Notes under the pieces: model-generated
The model's input: only the letters and a program-made list of their open reading frames with translations
The model's database searches: none
What the model was told of the DNA's origin: nothing
Assembly: GCF_009914755.1 (NCBI RefSeq)
Contig: NC_060941.1
Length of the DNA: 64,000 bases
Direction: 5' to 3' (one strand)
Source: the human T2T-CHM13v2.0 reference genome, Homo sapiens
Part shown: positions 1-17,382 of the stretch, piece by piece
How positions within the stretch are numbered: the stretch's first letter is position 1
Layout of the letters: every line of letters begins with the position of its first letter
Position numbers and translations under genes: made by a program

Positions 1-71
1 CAAGAAGCTTGAGAGGGAAAAAATTGCAGCATCGTGGTTTTAAAAAACTTATTAAGCAAGAAAATCAGTGA

Positions 72-400
<329 letters not shown>

Positions 401-984
401 CCTATTTTTTTTTTTTAATGGGCATTGTGAATGAAAATATGTAATGTCAACCTTTACTTTATGGTATCTTAGGTTTGTCTTCTTCCCCTTCATAGTTTTC
501 CCCTTTGAGGATAACCCTTCAAGCTCAAAAGGGCACAAAAGCTAAAACGTTATTCACGTACAAAATACCAAGTATATAGCTGTTCTGCAGTTTGATACAG
601 AACAAAAGAAAATAACTTTTCTAATTAAATCCCTCATTCTGTACTTAGGCCAGACTCCATCCCCACTACAGTTTTACTTGTATTAACAGGTTAAGAGCAA
701 TCTAGGAACATTTGGCAAACAAGTACATTTTTTACATGGAAAAAACTCAATCAACATCACCATTCTCTGGTACAAGAAATACAAAACACATTTCCTTTAA
801 AAAATCCTCCCAGTGCTGAAGTATCTTCTAAGCTTCCCAGAGTATGTCCTAAGCTTTATAAATAATAAATCTTTCAGACATGTCAGTATGAAAATGAGAC
901 TGGTCTCAAAAAAAACCCATCAGAATATTCAGAGAAGTAGGCCTCATAAACTTTAGAGCTCTAATAAGTCAGAAACAGGAAACG

Positions 985-990
985 TTTATT
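985..990 (-). terminator. Candidate proximal poly(A) signal AATAAA in 3'UTR
   Basis: TTTATT on + strand; an ATTAAA lies upstream at 1013-1018 and U/GU-rich sequence lies downstream on the minus strand. Confidence 0.5.
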
Positions 991-1413
991 TAAATAGTGT
1001 AGTCTTAATTTCTTTAATATAAAACCCCCCCAAATCTGATGAAAACAAAGTTTTATATACCATATAAACAAGATTTGTCAGATTTGAAAGTGAAAGTTAA
1101 AGTAATTTACAGTTAGCTTTTAACCCTCTCGGGACATTTAGATACATCCTGATAATCCATCTTGTATTAGTGTGTGTCAATTTTACAATACACTGGGGAA
1201 AACTCAGCTATTGTATTTAACGGTACAGTTTCATTTATCAAGTGTTTCCCATTAATTCCATTATTAGTGACAGCTAACAAGTGACCCCATCAAATGAAGT
1301 GAATGACATTAGACTGTGGCAGAGTAAACCACATCTGGATTGCTTTCTATAATTCACCAGTTTGCAGGAAGTAAACATTCTTTGATTTGTTCATAATATA
1401 CTGAAGTTACCTA

Positions 1414-1421
1414 TAACACTG
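1414..1421 (-). promoter_or_regulatory. miR-141/miR-200a 8mer seed match (CAGUGUUA) in 3'UTR
   Basis: + strand TAACACTG is the exact reverse complement of the 8mer site. Confidence 0.55.
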
Positions 1422-1613
1422 GTGCAGTAACACAGCTAGTTCCTCTGTATTGTTATGGTAGAACGGATTTTGTAATATAAAGTTAACAGGAAAAAATGCT
1501 CACACATTATGTGGTGAAACTTATCTCACAAAAGAGCATTAAATAAAAGGATAGAGGGAAAATAAACCATGCAGAAGAGACGGCTTCCCCATCTCCACCT
1601 GTTTCCCATGGGC

Positions 1614-1729
1614 TCACTCATTGCCATACATCACTTGCCACACTATCAAGTGACTCCTTTCTGCTTTGGTGACAGAAGGTTCAAGTGGAAGATCCTCTCC
1701 AAGAAGTTCTGATTCTCCACCTTCATCAC
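1614..1729 (-). CDS. SPAG9: SPAG9 last coding exon (GDEGGESELL...SHLIVWQVMYGNE*)
   Basis: AG acceptor at 1730-1731, TGA stop at 1614-1616. Confidence 0.97.
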
Positions 1730-3777
1730 CTAGTGAATGATAAGAAGACTCAAGTTAGGCTGAACACATAAAATATAGAATGATGTGAGTCAGATGTAAT
1801 GCTCGTGGTTAGTCCATGAACAAGATGCCCAAAACTTGTCTGACTTTCACTGGAGAGTAAATAGTAGAAGAAATACTAAGAGTCAGAATCCTCACCCATA
1901 TTCACCCAAGCCACTGCTTGACTTCAGAAAAGGTTAATTCATTTTTCAGACTGTATTTATAAAATCCAGTTCACTATACTACGTTAAAAAGCCACCCCAA
2001 CATGTCTGCATACCGATGGTCCAGACATGGGAAGCTAAGAAGGCAATTCTGTGTTCATCCAAAATGAAGAGTCTACTGTCACTTATTTTAAACTAAGAAC
2101 TGAGAATAGTGTTATAAAATGCGTGAGCACAGGTACAGAGCAAACTAACTAAACCCAAATAACTCACAATTATCAATGACAGGTGTAATGTTCTCCAATT
2201 GAAGATAATTGACACAAGCATATGGAAATTAAAATAATTAGCCTGCAGCACTGCAGATGGCAGATTCACCAGCTACTGGGTTTTTCTTCCAATGATTTTC
2301 AAGTTTAGGATAGGTTACAAATTAACAGTGTATAATGGAAAAGGAGAAACAAAGAGGTTGGGGTAGCAGCCAAGATACAGGTTCTTCTGCATCACGGCTA
2401 AGTGAATGTGATCCATGGTGTCCTGATCAGACACTGGCTTCCAAGGCCCAGTCTGGGGTACACCACACTCCTCTCCATAAGACCCAGTGCAGGGCATACC
2501 ATAATTCTCGATACAAGCTTGCATCAATTGTATCTGTTGTCACAGAGCAGGGTTATTTTGGCACAACCCAGTGAAAAGTTGTCTAGTGGGATGGATTCTT
2601 CAGCAGAATCCTAAAAACATACACACCACAGGACCTAAAGATATATTCCACTGATCTAACAGAATTTTGTAATGTGCCCCATGTGAATTTCAGCTGGACA
2701 AAAGAAAATATTGATACTGTTGACTAGAAACAACAGAAGAGAAAAAACCCTAAATATCTGCATTTTTCTCTGCAGGCCAAACTTTCCCTTACCCAGCCCT
2801 GTAATGGCCTTTTCACAGCAATATCAAACTAGAGAGAGGAGAACACTCAGTTCAAACTCCCATCTCTGAACTGAAACATACCCAGGTGGTTAGAAGGTAA
2901 AAAAATTAAGTTTGGCTCTTAAATTTTAAAAAATTTCAATGAAAAAAATTAACTGGCTGAGACAAAAGGCTGTCGCCATTTCTCTTCTGAGTTGTTCTGA
3001 AGATTTTACTTGTAAGAAAATTATCCTGTCTGCTAGGGTCTCTACAGCCTAAGTTTTAAGTTTAAATCATTAAAAATATGGGACTTTAGAATCAATTTCT
3101 CACTGTTAAAATATTACAGGAAATGAAAAAGGAAATGGACCCCCAAAAAAGATCAAATTTGATTTTTTACAACAGTATATTCACTATTAAAATTAGCCTA
3201 TGCTAAAGACAAGTCTGTTTTTCAGGCTGGAAATAACTAGAGATACTGCCAAACCTGGTTAAGCAATTTTTGTTCTATTTTCAGGATCCACAATGGAAGG
3301 AATTTTTAGTGGAAATGGAAAAACCACATAGAGATTTTATTAACAAACTCCTCAGTACGGTTCCAACTGACATACTGCACTCCAACACAAAGTTACAAAA
3401 ATCACCCCAGCCAAGTGGAGTCCCTAACAACTCCTCTCATAAAAGGGAATTCAACAATAGTCAATTATTCAAAACACTTTGAAATGACTCCATTCCTGCT
3501 GACATCCCTGGAATCAATTTCTAAAGTTCACACTAACAGCCTTCCCCTCTTAAAAGTGTCAACAAACTTTTTGCATCAGATATTGGTGACACTAATCACA
3601 TTTGTCACATTGTCATTTAAATGACCCTAATTTTTTTTTATTCCTTTACAGAATTCATATCTAAAGTATTTGTTACTGATCTACAACACTATTATATTCT
3701 CTCAAACTGCCTACTGCCTTATGTCTGGGAACTTTTTGAAGCACTGAGATTTTAAGCGAGTCCAAGGGATCAGTTTA

Positions 3778-4470
<693 letters not shown>

Positions 4471-5577
4471 AGCCACTGGAACCTTTTCTTTTAGCTCCTT
4501 GGGCGAACTCACCAACCCTCATGGCTTTTAGTACCACTCCATGCTGACAGCCCCCAAATCCCTCCCTCCTAAGATAGAGGACCTGTATATTCAGAAGCCC
4601 AGTGGAAATTTCCCACCTAAATCACCACTATGCTCTTCAAGATCAACATGATCAGCACTGGACTCCTCTTTCCGTCCCTCCAGACCTGCTTCTCCTGTTG
4701 ACAGTCCTGAGCTCTATGGCCCATTCTCTCCTTCCCCACATTCTCATCATGCTTCTTATCTGTTCACACTGTTACTACCTTTCTTGGGCATTCACTTGTT
4801 CCCAACTCATTTCCCTAGGTCTAGTCTTGAACCTCCAGTCCATCCTTCACACAACTCTAATCACATTGCTCCTATAGTTCTCTTTTGCTTGAAAGATAAA
4901 GTACAATCTTCTTAATCTGGTATGTAAAGGCCTCCCATACTCCAGTCCCTCCCTCCCTTTTGACAACAAATTCATACTTTCTTCTACTCCACACTCTTGT
5001 CATTTTAAAATAGTTTTTCTTCCATTAAAATGGTTTCATATCTCTAAACCTTTGGCCAAGCTATTCTCTTACCTCGGAGTGCCAACCCCTGGTCCTCCCC
5101 ACCCCATTCCCCAACCTGACCCTTTGTGCTAAGACTATGCAGTGCTGAGTCACCTCAAGCATCATTTCTTGACTTCCTTCTCTCCCTACCCTTGGAAAGA
5201 ACTGACTACTCACTACCAGAGCATCAGTAACATTTTAATTTATTAACATGTCTCTATCTCTGCACTGTTCTATAATCTATTAGACGAAGGCTTTGTCTGA
5301 TTTGTTTCTGTATCTCCAGTTTAAGAATGACAGGTACACAGTAGGTGCTCAATTAATGTTTGTTAGGTGAGAAAATGAACAAATGAAGTTGTTTAAGAAA
5401 TATTTTTATTTCTCCATTTTGACAGAAAACCGAGGCTCTAAGAGGTTGAATGACTTGTCCAAGGCCTTCTGACCCTAAATCCTATGCTTTTCACATAAAA
5501 CTTCACATTGACCACATCCTGCTATTTCTAATGCTCCTTTCAAACAAATACATTTTGGTATGAAAAGAAATACCAAG

Positions 5578-7535
<1,958 letters not shown>

Positions 7536-8928
7536 ACCTGCTTCAAACTATTATAGTCTAAATCTTTTGATCTGAGAAGACAGTGGAAAAGGTCTCTCCC
7601 TTGAAAAGGAATGTGCTTATTTGTGTAAGAGACTGAGAAAAGTCTTCAACTTAAGCCCTATGAGTTTGCATAGTCATAATTAACATTTAAATTTATTTCA
7701 AATCTATGGCTTTCCTCTCATATTTAAGGAAAATACAGGTTATTTTTAATTTAGATTATGCAAACAAAATTACTAGTAAATGTGCTGTTTGTTCTAAAGC
7801 TTAAGTTCTAAGGTAGAATCCTTGAGTGTGAAATAATAGAAAGAGAGAAACCTTTAAATATTATTCACAACTATGAACAAATGAGCAATCTCTAAGCCAA
7901 CCCTCTTAGCAAGATTTAATTGTGGGATATTTTTTTCCTTGTCAGAATCTGCTGTCCTTTGGTCAAACTACACAGACTGCGCCTCCAGGAGCTAGCTGGA
8001 CAGCCATTAATGCGACACACTGTAACAAAATTAATGTATGTTGAAAGTGGATAGGATAGTCTGACGTATCCCCACAGGGATTCATTCATGCATTACTCAA
8101 TTATACTTTGGAAGAAATCAAGCATGCCAGCAATGACTTCTGTTGGTAGACGAGTTAGTTCTGCCACAGAAGCAAGAGCACAGTGGTATTACTGATAAGG
8201 CCAACCAGAATGGTTTAATCTTTAGGGCCAACTGGCCTCGCAACAACCATGTTGCTAATTCCACTTTTAGATTTATACCCAACAAAAAATCCTTACACAT
8301 GCACACAAGAAGGTCTGCTTCAGTATTGTTTTTAATAGTGAAAAAAGAAAGGGGAGAAGCCTAGAGGTCCATCAACAGAAGAATGAATAAAATGTAGCAC
8401 TTTTATTCAGTTATAATACCAGTTAAATGAATAAACTAGATTTTTATGTATGAACATTGATAAATCTCAAAAAATGAGAAGCAAGTTGTAGAAGCATACA
8501 TATAAAACACAACATTTAACATGTAAAGTCCAAAACCACAAAACAATCATACATTGTTTATAAACACATTCAAACATAGTAAAAATACAAAAACAGGGGC
8601 AAGAGGATTTGCATCGACTTCAAGATAGTGGTTACCAATGGAGAGGAAAAGGAGAGGAGAATGGGATTGGAGAGGGATACAAAGGAGATTTAAAGGAAAC
8701 TGTGATATTTCATTTTTTTTTAAGCAAGAGAAACACTGTTACCAGCAATCCCATTTCTAGGAAGGAAATGACTATACAAATATATAAAATGTACAAATGA
8801 GGTTTCAGAAAGCTCATTATCACTGTTGTTAAGAATAACTGAATAATTGCTTAGGGTACCATATGCCAGCCCTTGCCCCATGTACATAAAATCATTTAAT
8901 CTTTGGAAGACCCTTGGGAAAATAAGTA

Positions 8929-9340
8929 TGATGAGTAATTTGACGTGTTAGCTCGATACCCAGATATTTGGTCAAACACCAGTCTAGATATCATTGTAAG
9001 TCTTTTTTAGATGTGATTAACATTTAAAACAACAGACTTTGAGTAAAGCAGATTACACGCCACAGTGTGGGTGGGCCTCATTTAACCAGTTGAAAGCCTT
9101 AGAAGAAAAAGACTGAGGGATCCAGAGGAAAGAGAAATGTTGCCTCCAGACTGCTTTCAGATTTGGACTGCAACATCCACTCTTCCCGGGGTCTCCAGCC
9201 TGCCAGCCTGCCCTGCAGATTTCAGACCTGCTAGTCCCCACAACTGTGTGACCCAATTCCTTAACAGTAACTCTCTCTTCATACGCACATACACATGCAT
9301 CCTATTGGTTCTGTTTCTCTGAAGAACCCTGACTAATATA
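8929..9340 (+). mobile_element. MLT2-family (ERVL) solo LTR
   Basis: CCAGATATTTGGTCAAACA, GGTGGGCCTCAT...GTTGAA and CTATTGGTTCTGTTTCTCTG...CCTGACTAATA motifs. Confidence 0.8.
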
Positions 9341-10111
9341 CTACATCACACAGTTAGTTGGTGGGGGAAAGTCAGATCTGAACTTCGTCTAGCTCCTAAA
9401 CTTGCCTCTTATGGGAAAAAAAAATTCAAAACCTGTGTCCTGCTTACAGATGGTCAGTGACATCACTTAAGTATTGTCAATGGATAATTTGTCATTTTTC
9501 ACTGGACATCATCACTTCCATCTTTTTTCTGGGTGGTGCTTTATAGCTCCCAGTAGCATTTTCATTAATTTTCATAACAAATGAAGTAGGCAGAGCAGAT
9601 ATTAATCACATCCACCTAGGAGTGAGGAAATGAGTCTCTGAGGTTAAGTGCCTTGCTCGAGGTTAGTGGCAGAGACACAGGGGCCAGACCCCCAGGCCTC
9701 CTAGTTCACTGCTTTTTCCTATTAAGCTGCTAAAGGTACCAGAGTGCATTCTCTCTTCCTCCATGCAGCCTTGATGATAGAAGCTTCTTTCTAGTGATTT
9801 CTCTTATTAGGTCAAGACCATTTTTGGCAAACCACGATGATAAAATAATACTACTGCTTTTCAAAAGTAAGCAAGTCTCCTAAAGAAAAATCAACAAATT
9901 TATCTTTGGGGGTGGGAGAGATATTCCAAAGTAACTTCATTCAAGTATCCCTATAGCACCTTAGTCACACCTCCATTACAGAACTTCCTTCGTATATATT
10001 GAAATTACCTGCAATTCGAGTACTTAGCCTTAGACTATTAGGTAGTGGAACCAAGAGATGACAGAAGAGAGACAATTACATGGAACATCTCAACAGAATA
10101 ATCTAACATAC

Positions 10112-10288
10112 CTGGGACTGCCACAAAGAATTTCACAGCATCCCGGTGCCCATGGAAGCAAAGCTGTGCATGTGCCATTGAACAATAGGGTATAAATGTC
10201 CCTGGAGTCACTTTATCACTGTTTTCATCACCATATACACGGATTACACTTCCAGGACGATTTCCTGGTACACCTGAGGTTTTATTTG
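10112..10288 (-). CDS. SPAG9: SPAG9 coding exon ([19 protein letters not shown]...[14 protein letters not shown])
   Basis: AG/GTATGT, 177 nt, phase 1 to 1. Confidence 0.97.
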
Positions 10289-11203
10289 CTGCAACAGAAA
10301 AACCAAATACCAAATATTTTCCCCTAGAAAACAGTAATGAATGTAAGAGGTTACTGGTTAATCCTTATGATATTATCTAAAAGCTACAGCCAGTTGAGAT
10401 AAAACAAGGATGGCAATGCCAATTCAAGACAAAGCTGGGAAAAAAAGAGATACAGCATGCTAGTTATTTTTAAGTACCTCAGTAAATGGAGTAGGGGATT
10501 TTGCCAGTCTAGCAATAAGTAAGCTTATTTTTTAAACACATCTATTCATTTAAAAAATAATTTTAGTTAAAAAAAAAACAAATTTGAATCTTAGTTGTTT
10601 CTTGTTTTGTTTTTAATGCACATGTTAGAAAACTAACCATTATACAGTTTAAAGTAAATGGGTATATTTGCAAATAAAGTCTTTCTTTATAGTTTATCTT
10701 CTGATTTTTCTCCCTCACAGTAAGAATATTTCCCTTGAGGGGGTTGGTAAAAAGTTGTGCTTACAAGAATCCAGCCACTACAATAGAGCAGCTTTTATTG
10801 ATACCAGACTGATGGTGTGCTGCGTACTGTAAAAGACCAGACTCACAAAACATCCCCATTCCATGGGCAAGTAAGTAAATGAAAGAAATATGATCGGTAA
10901 CAAGAGTAAACGATGTAAATTAATGACAGCTTTAAGAGATGTTTCATGTTTATACTGGAAGGAAAACAAAGTCTGAAAGAAAGTTCAGCTGCAACAAAAG
11001 ATGATAAATAGACTAAGCTGCTGAGCAGTTTGGTGGCCATGTAACAAACATTAAAAAAAAAAAAAAGACACCTGCTGCGATGCAGTGACTGCAAGTGGAT
11101 AACATTTAGGAACATTCAAGAGGGTATTCTAGAGGAGTGGTAACAGCCTTACAGTGGCTATTAGAAGCCAGGAAGAAGAGTTTGGTTCAGAATCTGCACT
11201 TAC

Positions 11204-11242
11204 CCCTCAGCCCCAGTAAACGTCCCTGGTGGAGGATTACGG
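11204..11242 (-). CDS. SPAG9: Alternative 39-nt cassette exon giving T-VILHQGRLLGLRA-NKTS
   Basis: Long CU-rich tract, then ctttAG|CCGTAATC...CTGAGGG|GTAAGT; phase 1-1; homologous to JIP3 TVVLHRGQLLGLRANKTS. Confidence 0.9.
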
Positions 11243-12448
11243 CTAAAGTGAGAAAGGAGGAAAGGGGACATGGAGAGGTGCATGACAGGGAGGAGAGAAT
11301 TACTGTGAGCCACCACTCTCAGCGTCTTCTATCTGGTAAACCTGGTGCTCAAAGCCCCTAACGAAAATAACAAGATCCCACTTGGCATAATACCAAGTAA
11401 TACATAAAGTTCTTCCCAAGGCTTCTATTAGAATCTCTGCTGAAAAAGGAAAATCTGATTTATGGTGTTTTTTTTTTAAATAATAAAGCAATTTTAGTGA
11501 ATCTGAATCAAAACACTAAGAACTCAATGTGCAGCATTTCCTAAATGCTAAAATTTCTCCTTTATTTCTCTGTGTGTGTGTGTTTTAAAAAACAAATCCT
11601 GTTCCAATAACTATGCTAAAATGAAGCTCTTACAAATAACTGAAATGAACTCTAGGGGATCCTGGAATCTCTTAGGATATAAGGAGAGGTCTAAATATGA
11701 TTTATAAGTAACTGCAGAAAAGACAGGTGGGATTGAAACCTTGCTTTCTTTTAAAGGCTTCCGAAATACCTTCTAGTCTTTCTCCCTCCTCTGGCCTGAA
11801 AAAAGGTATGGTGATTTTGAAGTGTATATGTATTAATGTATTTTATAGACTTACAGTATTTGCTTTTAAACCATTCCCTGCCATGAATTTTGCAACACAA
11901 AAACATTTACTTAATGGATGATTAATGTAATGGAACATCATATGAGAAACACACGAGGTATATTTTATTCATAAAAACAATAAATCACATTCTTTTAAAA
12001 TAGAAGATAGATGGAAAGGCTTGCTGAACTCCTGAGAAACTTCTTCCACAACTTTTTTTAAACCTCAAATAAGACAAATGGAATATACTAAACTATCTGC
12101 TAAGGAGATATGAAAAACTAAGATGAATGCTAGGTAGTGTTTTTGGATAATGGTATAATAAGGCTTAAGAAAAATGGACTTTAACTTTTATTTCAAAAGA
12201 TGAAATAGGACTGTGATTCCTGAACTGTGAAAATGTTTTGACAACGAAAAACTTTTAATTATGAGTATTGGTCTTGATACATGAAAACTTATTTTCCTAG
12301 AATTTATAAGTTTCATTGAGTGAAGTAACTATAGCTAGATCTTTGCCATCACTGATTTTCTGAGCTAACACAGATTTGAATTTCAGACATAACTATTTCC
12401 TATAATTCTCCTATTTGTCCCATGGCAGTTATCTAAAAATATACTTAC

Positions 12449-12562
12449 TTTCTGTCAATGGGATGGAGATAATGACACCATTTCCTGTCCCCACCCACAA
12501 ACGATTACAAGACACCATAAGAGCTGTAATTCTCACAAAAGAGAAGCCCAGTTTTCCAGTAC
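12449..12562 (-). CDS. SPAG9: SPAG9 coding exon ([38 protein letters not shown])
   Basis: AG/GTAAGT, 114 nt, phase 1 to 1. Confidence 0.97.
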
Positions 12563-12961
12563 CTGTAAAGAAAGGAGGGAACACGTTATTGAGAAACTAA
12601 AGCAGACAGTGTTTTACATTCCAAGTTCCTTAGAAGTAGCAGGATTACAAAACAAAAAAAAAAGAAAGAAAGTAGTAGTAGCAGGATTGATACAACACAG
12701 AGGAAATGTGACTAGAGCTAGATGGATGTTTCCTGAAGGTTCACATCAAAGTAAGCTCATATTGGGGCTTATTGTCTATCTGACAATTCAGGGTTAATGG
12801 AAAAAGAAAAGCCTAAAAGTGGGTAACATAACATTATTAGTTAGAAGAAAAGTACACAGGAAATAGGATACATCAGGAACTGTGACACAGGATTTACTTA
12901 GGGAACTGTAAAACCAAACCAACACATAAAACAAAAAACCCCAACAGAAAACAGTGAAACT

Positions 12962-13230
12962 GGCAGGGCACGGTGGCTCACTCCTGTAGATCCTACAAGG
13001 TGGGATGACTGCTTGATCCCAGGAGTTTGAGACCAACCTGGGCAACAGACCTCACCTCTACAAAAAGTACAAAAATTAGCCAGGCATGGTGGCACATGCC
13101 TGTAGTCCCAGCTATGTGGGAGGCTGAGGTGGGAGGGTCACTTGAGCGCAGGAGTTTGAGGCTGCTGTGAACTGTGATCCAACCACTGCACTCCAGCCTG
13201 TGCAACGGACCAAGACTTTGTCTCTAAAAA
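12962..13230 (+). mobile_element. AluJ-like
   Basis: Alu consensus motifs. Confidence 0.9.
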
Positions 13231-13789
13231 CAAACAAACCCAGATAAATCAAGTGTCCTTTGATCTTATAAGCTGAAAAAGTTCTGGTTTCCCTTAAGTT
13301 TTCTTTGCACAGATAAAAATCTTTGTAAACAAAATCTATACTTTTCCCCTCATTTATATACTTAGGTTCTAAAGCAGTTTAAACATTTTAAGTATTATAC
13401 ACAAATAATTTAGGGAGAACAAATGCATTTTTGTATTTCAAGTTAATTTTTACAACTGATCTTATTTTCAGTGACTTGAAAGACAAATTTATTGAGCAGG
13501 TAATACATTTAAGAAAGACAACACTAGTACTCATAAGTTCTACTTACAAGAACTGAGGGCATGATCGCTGAATCACAGTGTTAGAAGGAGGCTTAATTAC
13601 CATTCAGCCTAACCTAGGAACCTTTAACCTCCAGTCAAAGTAGATCCCTGAAATTAGTTTGTGTTTGCATGTGTATATATTCTAGGGAGAAGGTACATAG
13701 CTAGAAATAAGGTTTTCTGAGGGCAGTAACTCTAAATGGTTGAAAACCACTGATCCAGTTCAATCATTTTTCATGAAAGGAATCCTTTA

Positions 13790-14420
13790 TGACATTTCTA
13801 ATAATCATTATAACACTAGGTCAGGTGCTAAAGATAGAGCAGGGAACAAGACAATGATGGTCCCTGATCTTCACGGGGCTTAGGGTCTGTAGGGGAGAGA
13901 TTATAAACAAGAATCACATAAGACTGGTACGATCACAATAATGATAAGCCCATGAAGAAAAAGTATGACAGGACCTAAATGGTCTCTCCTGATTATGACA
14001 GTTAGGCTATGACCTGAAAGCTAAGTAAGTAAAAAGGGACCAAGAAGAACTTCCCAGGTAGATGATACAGCAGCACATGTGAGGACCCTGAAATGGGAAG
14101 GAGCTTGCTGAGCTGTGGGTCGGTATGAGCAAGGAGAGTGTTTGAGAACATGTAAGGTCTCCTGGTCATGTCACCTCACCTAAAGGCAACAGTGGAGGTG
14201 TGTGAAGGTAATATCTGCACCTTGGTTACTAGGCAGAGAACAGACTGGGGTGGCAACAGGGAGCCCAGTTAGGAGGCCTGGGGGTAAAAGGATAGTGCTA
14301 GAGATAAAGAAGTAACTGATTTAATACAGTTTTAGAGGCAGACTTGACAGTTCCCAGTGACAGATTAGATGTGGGAAATAAGAGAAGAGGAGTCCAAAAT
14401 GATCCCAACTTTCCATCAAG
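13790..14420. mobile_element. L2 LINE remnant
   Basis: Degenerate L2-like phrases (CCCTGATCTTCACGGGGCTTAGGGTCT, GACAGATTAGATGTGGG). Confidence 0.5.
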
Positions 14421-15086
14421 AACAATAAGGGGCCAGGTGCATTGGCTCATGCCTGTAACACCAGCACTTTGGGAGGCTGAGGTCTGGGCCAATCACTTGA
14501 GCCCAGGAGTTTAAGGCCAGCCTGGGCAACACAGTGAAACCTCATTTCTACAGGAAAAAAAAAAAAAAGTAGCCAACATGATAGTGCAGGCCTGTCCAGC
14601 TACTGGGAAGGCTGAGGTGGGAGGATCACTTGAGCCCAGGAAGTCAAAGCTGCAGTGAGCCGTGATGGTGCCACTGCACTCCAGCCTAGGTGACAGAGTG
14701 AGACCCCGTCTTGAAAAAAAGAAAAAAAAAAAAAAAAAAGAGTAAGGTAGATTGAAACGTCTGACACTTTCAATGATAAAAGTTCACTACTCCTGAGATA
14801 ACTTAATTCATTGGTTCTACCCAGCATTTTAGACTATTTAAAAATAAAAACAAGGACTGGGTGAGGTGGCTGTGCCTACCTACAGTCCCAGCTACTCCGG
14901 AGGCTGAGGTGAGAGGATCGCTTGAGCCCAGGAGTTCAAGGCTATAGTGTGCTATGACTGCACCTGTGCATAGCCACTGCACTCCATCCTGGGCAACAAA
15001 GCAAGACCTCATTTCAATAAACACATAGATAGATAAAATAAAACACCCTCTTTGACTGGTAAAGATAAAACGCGTTGGAAGCTTAC

Positions 15087-15258
15087 CTAACATTTTGCTT
15101 ACATAAGGCTCAATGTCCACATCCTGTAGATGTTGATAAGTGTGTGCATGATAGAGACGGAGCGTAGAATCCAAGCGAATGGAGACCCACACGCCATCCC
15201 CCACCCACGCAAGCTGTCGCACTTGGCTCTCCTTCCTGGGATGTGCATCAAAAGATTT
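15087..15258 (-). CDS. SPAG9: SPAG9 coding exon ([32 protein letters not shown]...SKML)
   Basis: AG/GTAAGC, 172 nt, phase 0 to 1. Confidence 0.97.
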
Positions 15259-15564
15259 CTAGGAGAGATTGTCCAATCACAAAGTTACTTTTGCTACATA
15301 GAATTTCATATTTAAAACTGTGCTAATTTGCACAAGTTAGCAGACTATTAAAAGACAAGCCCAAATATTATATATTAAACATGATTACTCTTATATACAC
15401 AATTGTTTTCATCCTGGAATGCAAAAAATAAAGAACTAAGAACGGGATATTGGACTTCAGCACTATATAGGATATCACCTTATAACAGCAATACTAGCGC
15501 ATCCACACTATGTAACAGTGTTCAACAGAAAGATTTTTTTTATTTCTTTATTTTTTATTTTTGA

Positions 15565-15915
<351 letters not shown>

Positions 15916-15925
15916 TAATTAATCA

Positions 15926-16054
<129 letters not shown>

Positions 16055-16200
16055 TTAGCTGGGAATAGTGGTGCATGCCTGTATTCCTAGCTACTTGGGA
16101 GGCTGAGGTGGGAGGACTATTTGAGCCCAGGAGTTTGAGGCCAGTCTGGACAACATAGCAAGATCCCGTCTCTACAAATAAACTAAAGAAAAATTAGTCA

Positions 16201-16711
<511 letters not shown>

Positions 16712-16714
16712 TGT

Positions 16715-16804
16715 GGATGGATGGATGGATGGATGGATGGATGGATGGATGGATAGACAGCCAGATAGCTAGCTAATTAGATAGATATAAACAGATACAC
16801 AGAT

Positions 16805-16835
<31 letters not shown>

Positions 16836-16866
16836 AGAAAGAAAGAAAGAATAGATAGATAGATAG
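16715..16866. repeat. Compound tetranucleotide STR (GGAT)n...(GATA)n
   Basis: About 9 GGAT units followed by interrupted GATA/GAAA runs. Confidence 0.9.
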
Positions 16867-17053
16867 AATTGATATAAAAAACAAACACCAAATGGTTGAC
16901 TTTGAGACTTCTAGGGAAAGAAATGTGATTTGGGGGAGGGTGAAGGAGGGCTTTCACCTTAAAATTTCCTGTATGCTTTTTGTCCCCCTAAACAATTAGA
17001 ATGCATTTATGTACTGTGACAAAAAAAAAAAAAACCGTAAGAAAACAATGCTA

Positions 17054-17382
<329 letters not shown>

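Noticed and set aside
8136-8250. H/ACA snoRNA-like layout (hairpin-AGAGCA-hairpin-ACA) on the + strand
   Set aside because: It is antisense to the host gene, the first hairpin is too short and no clear pseudouridylation pockets are visible; kept only as a generic structured element
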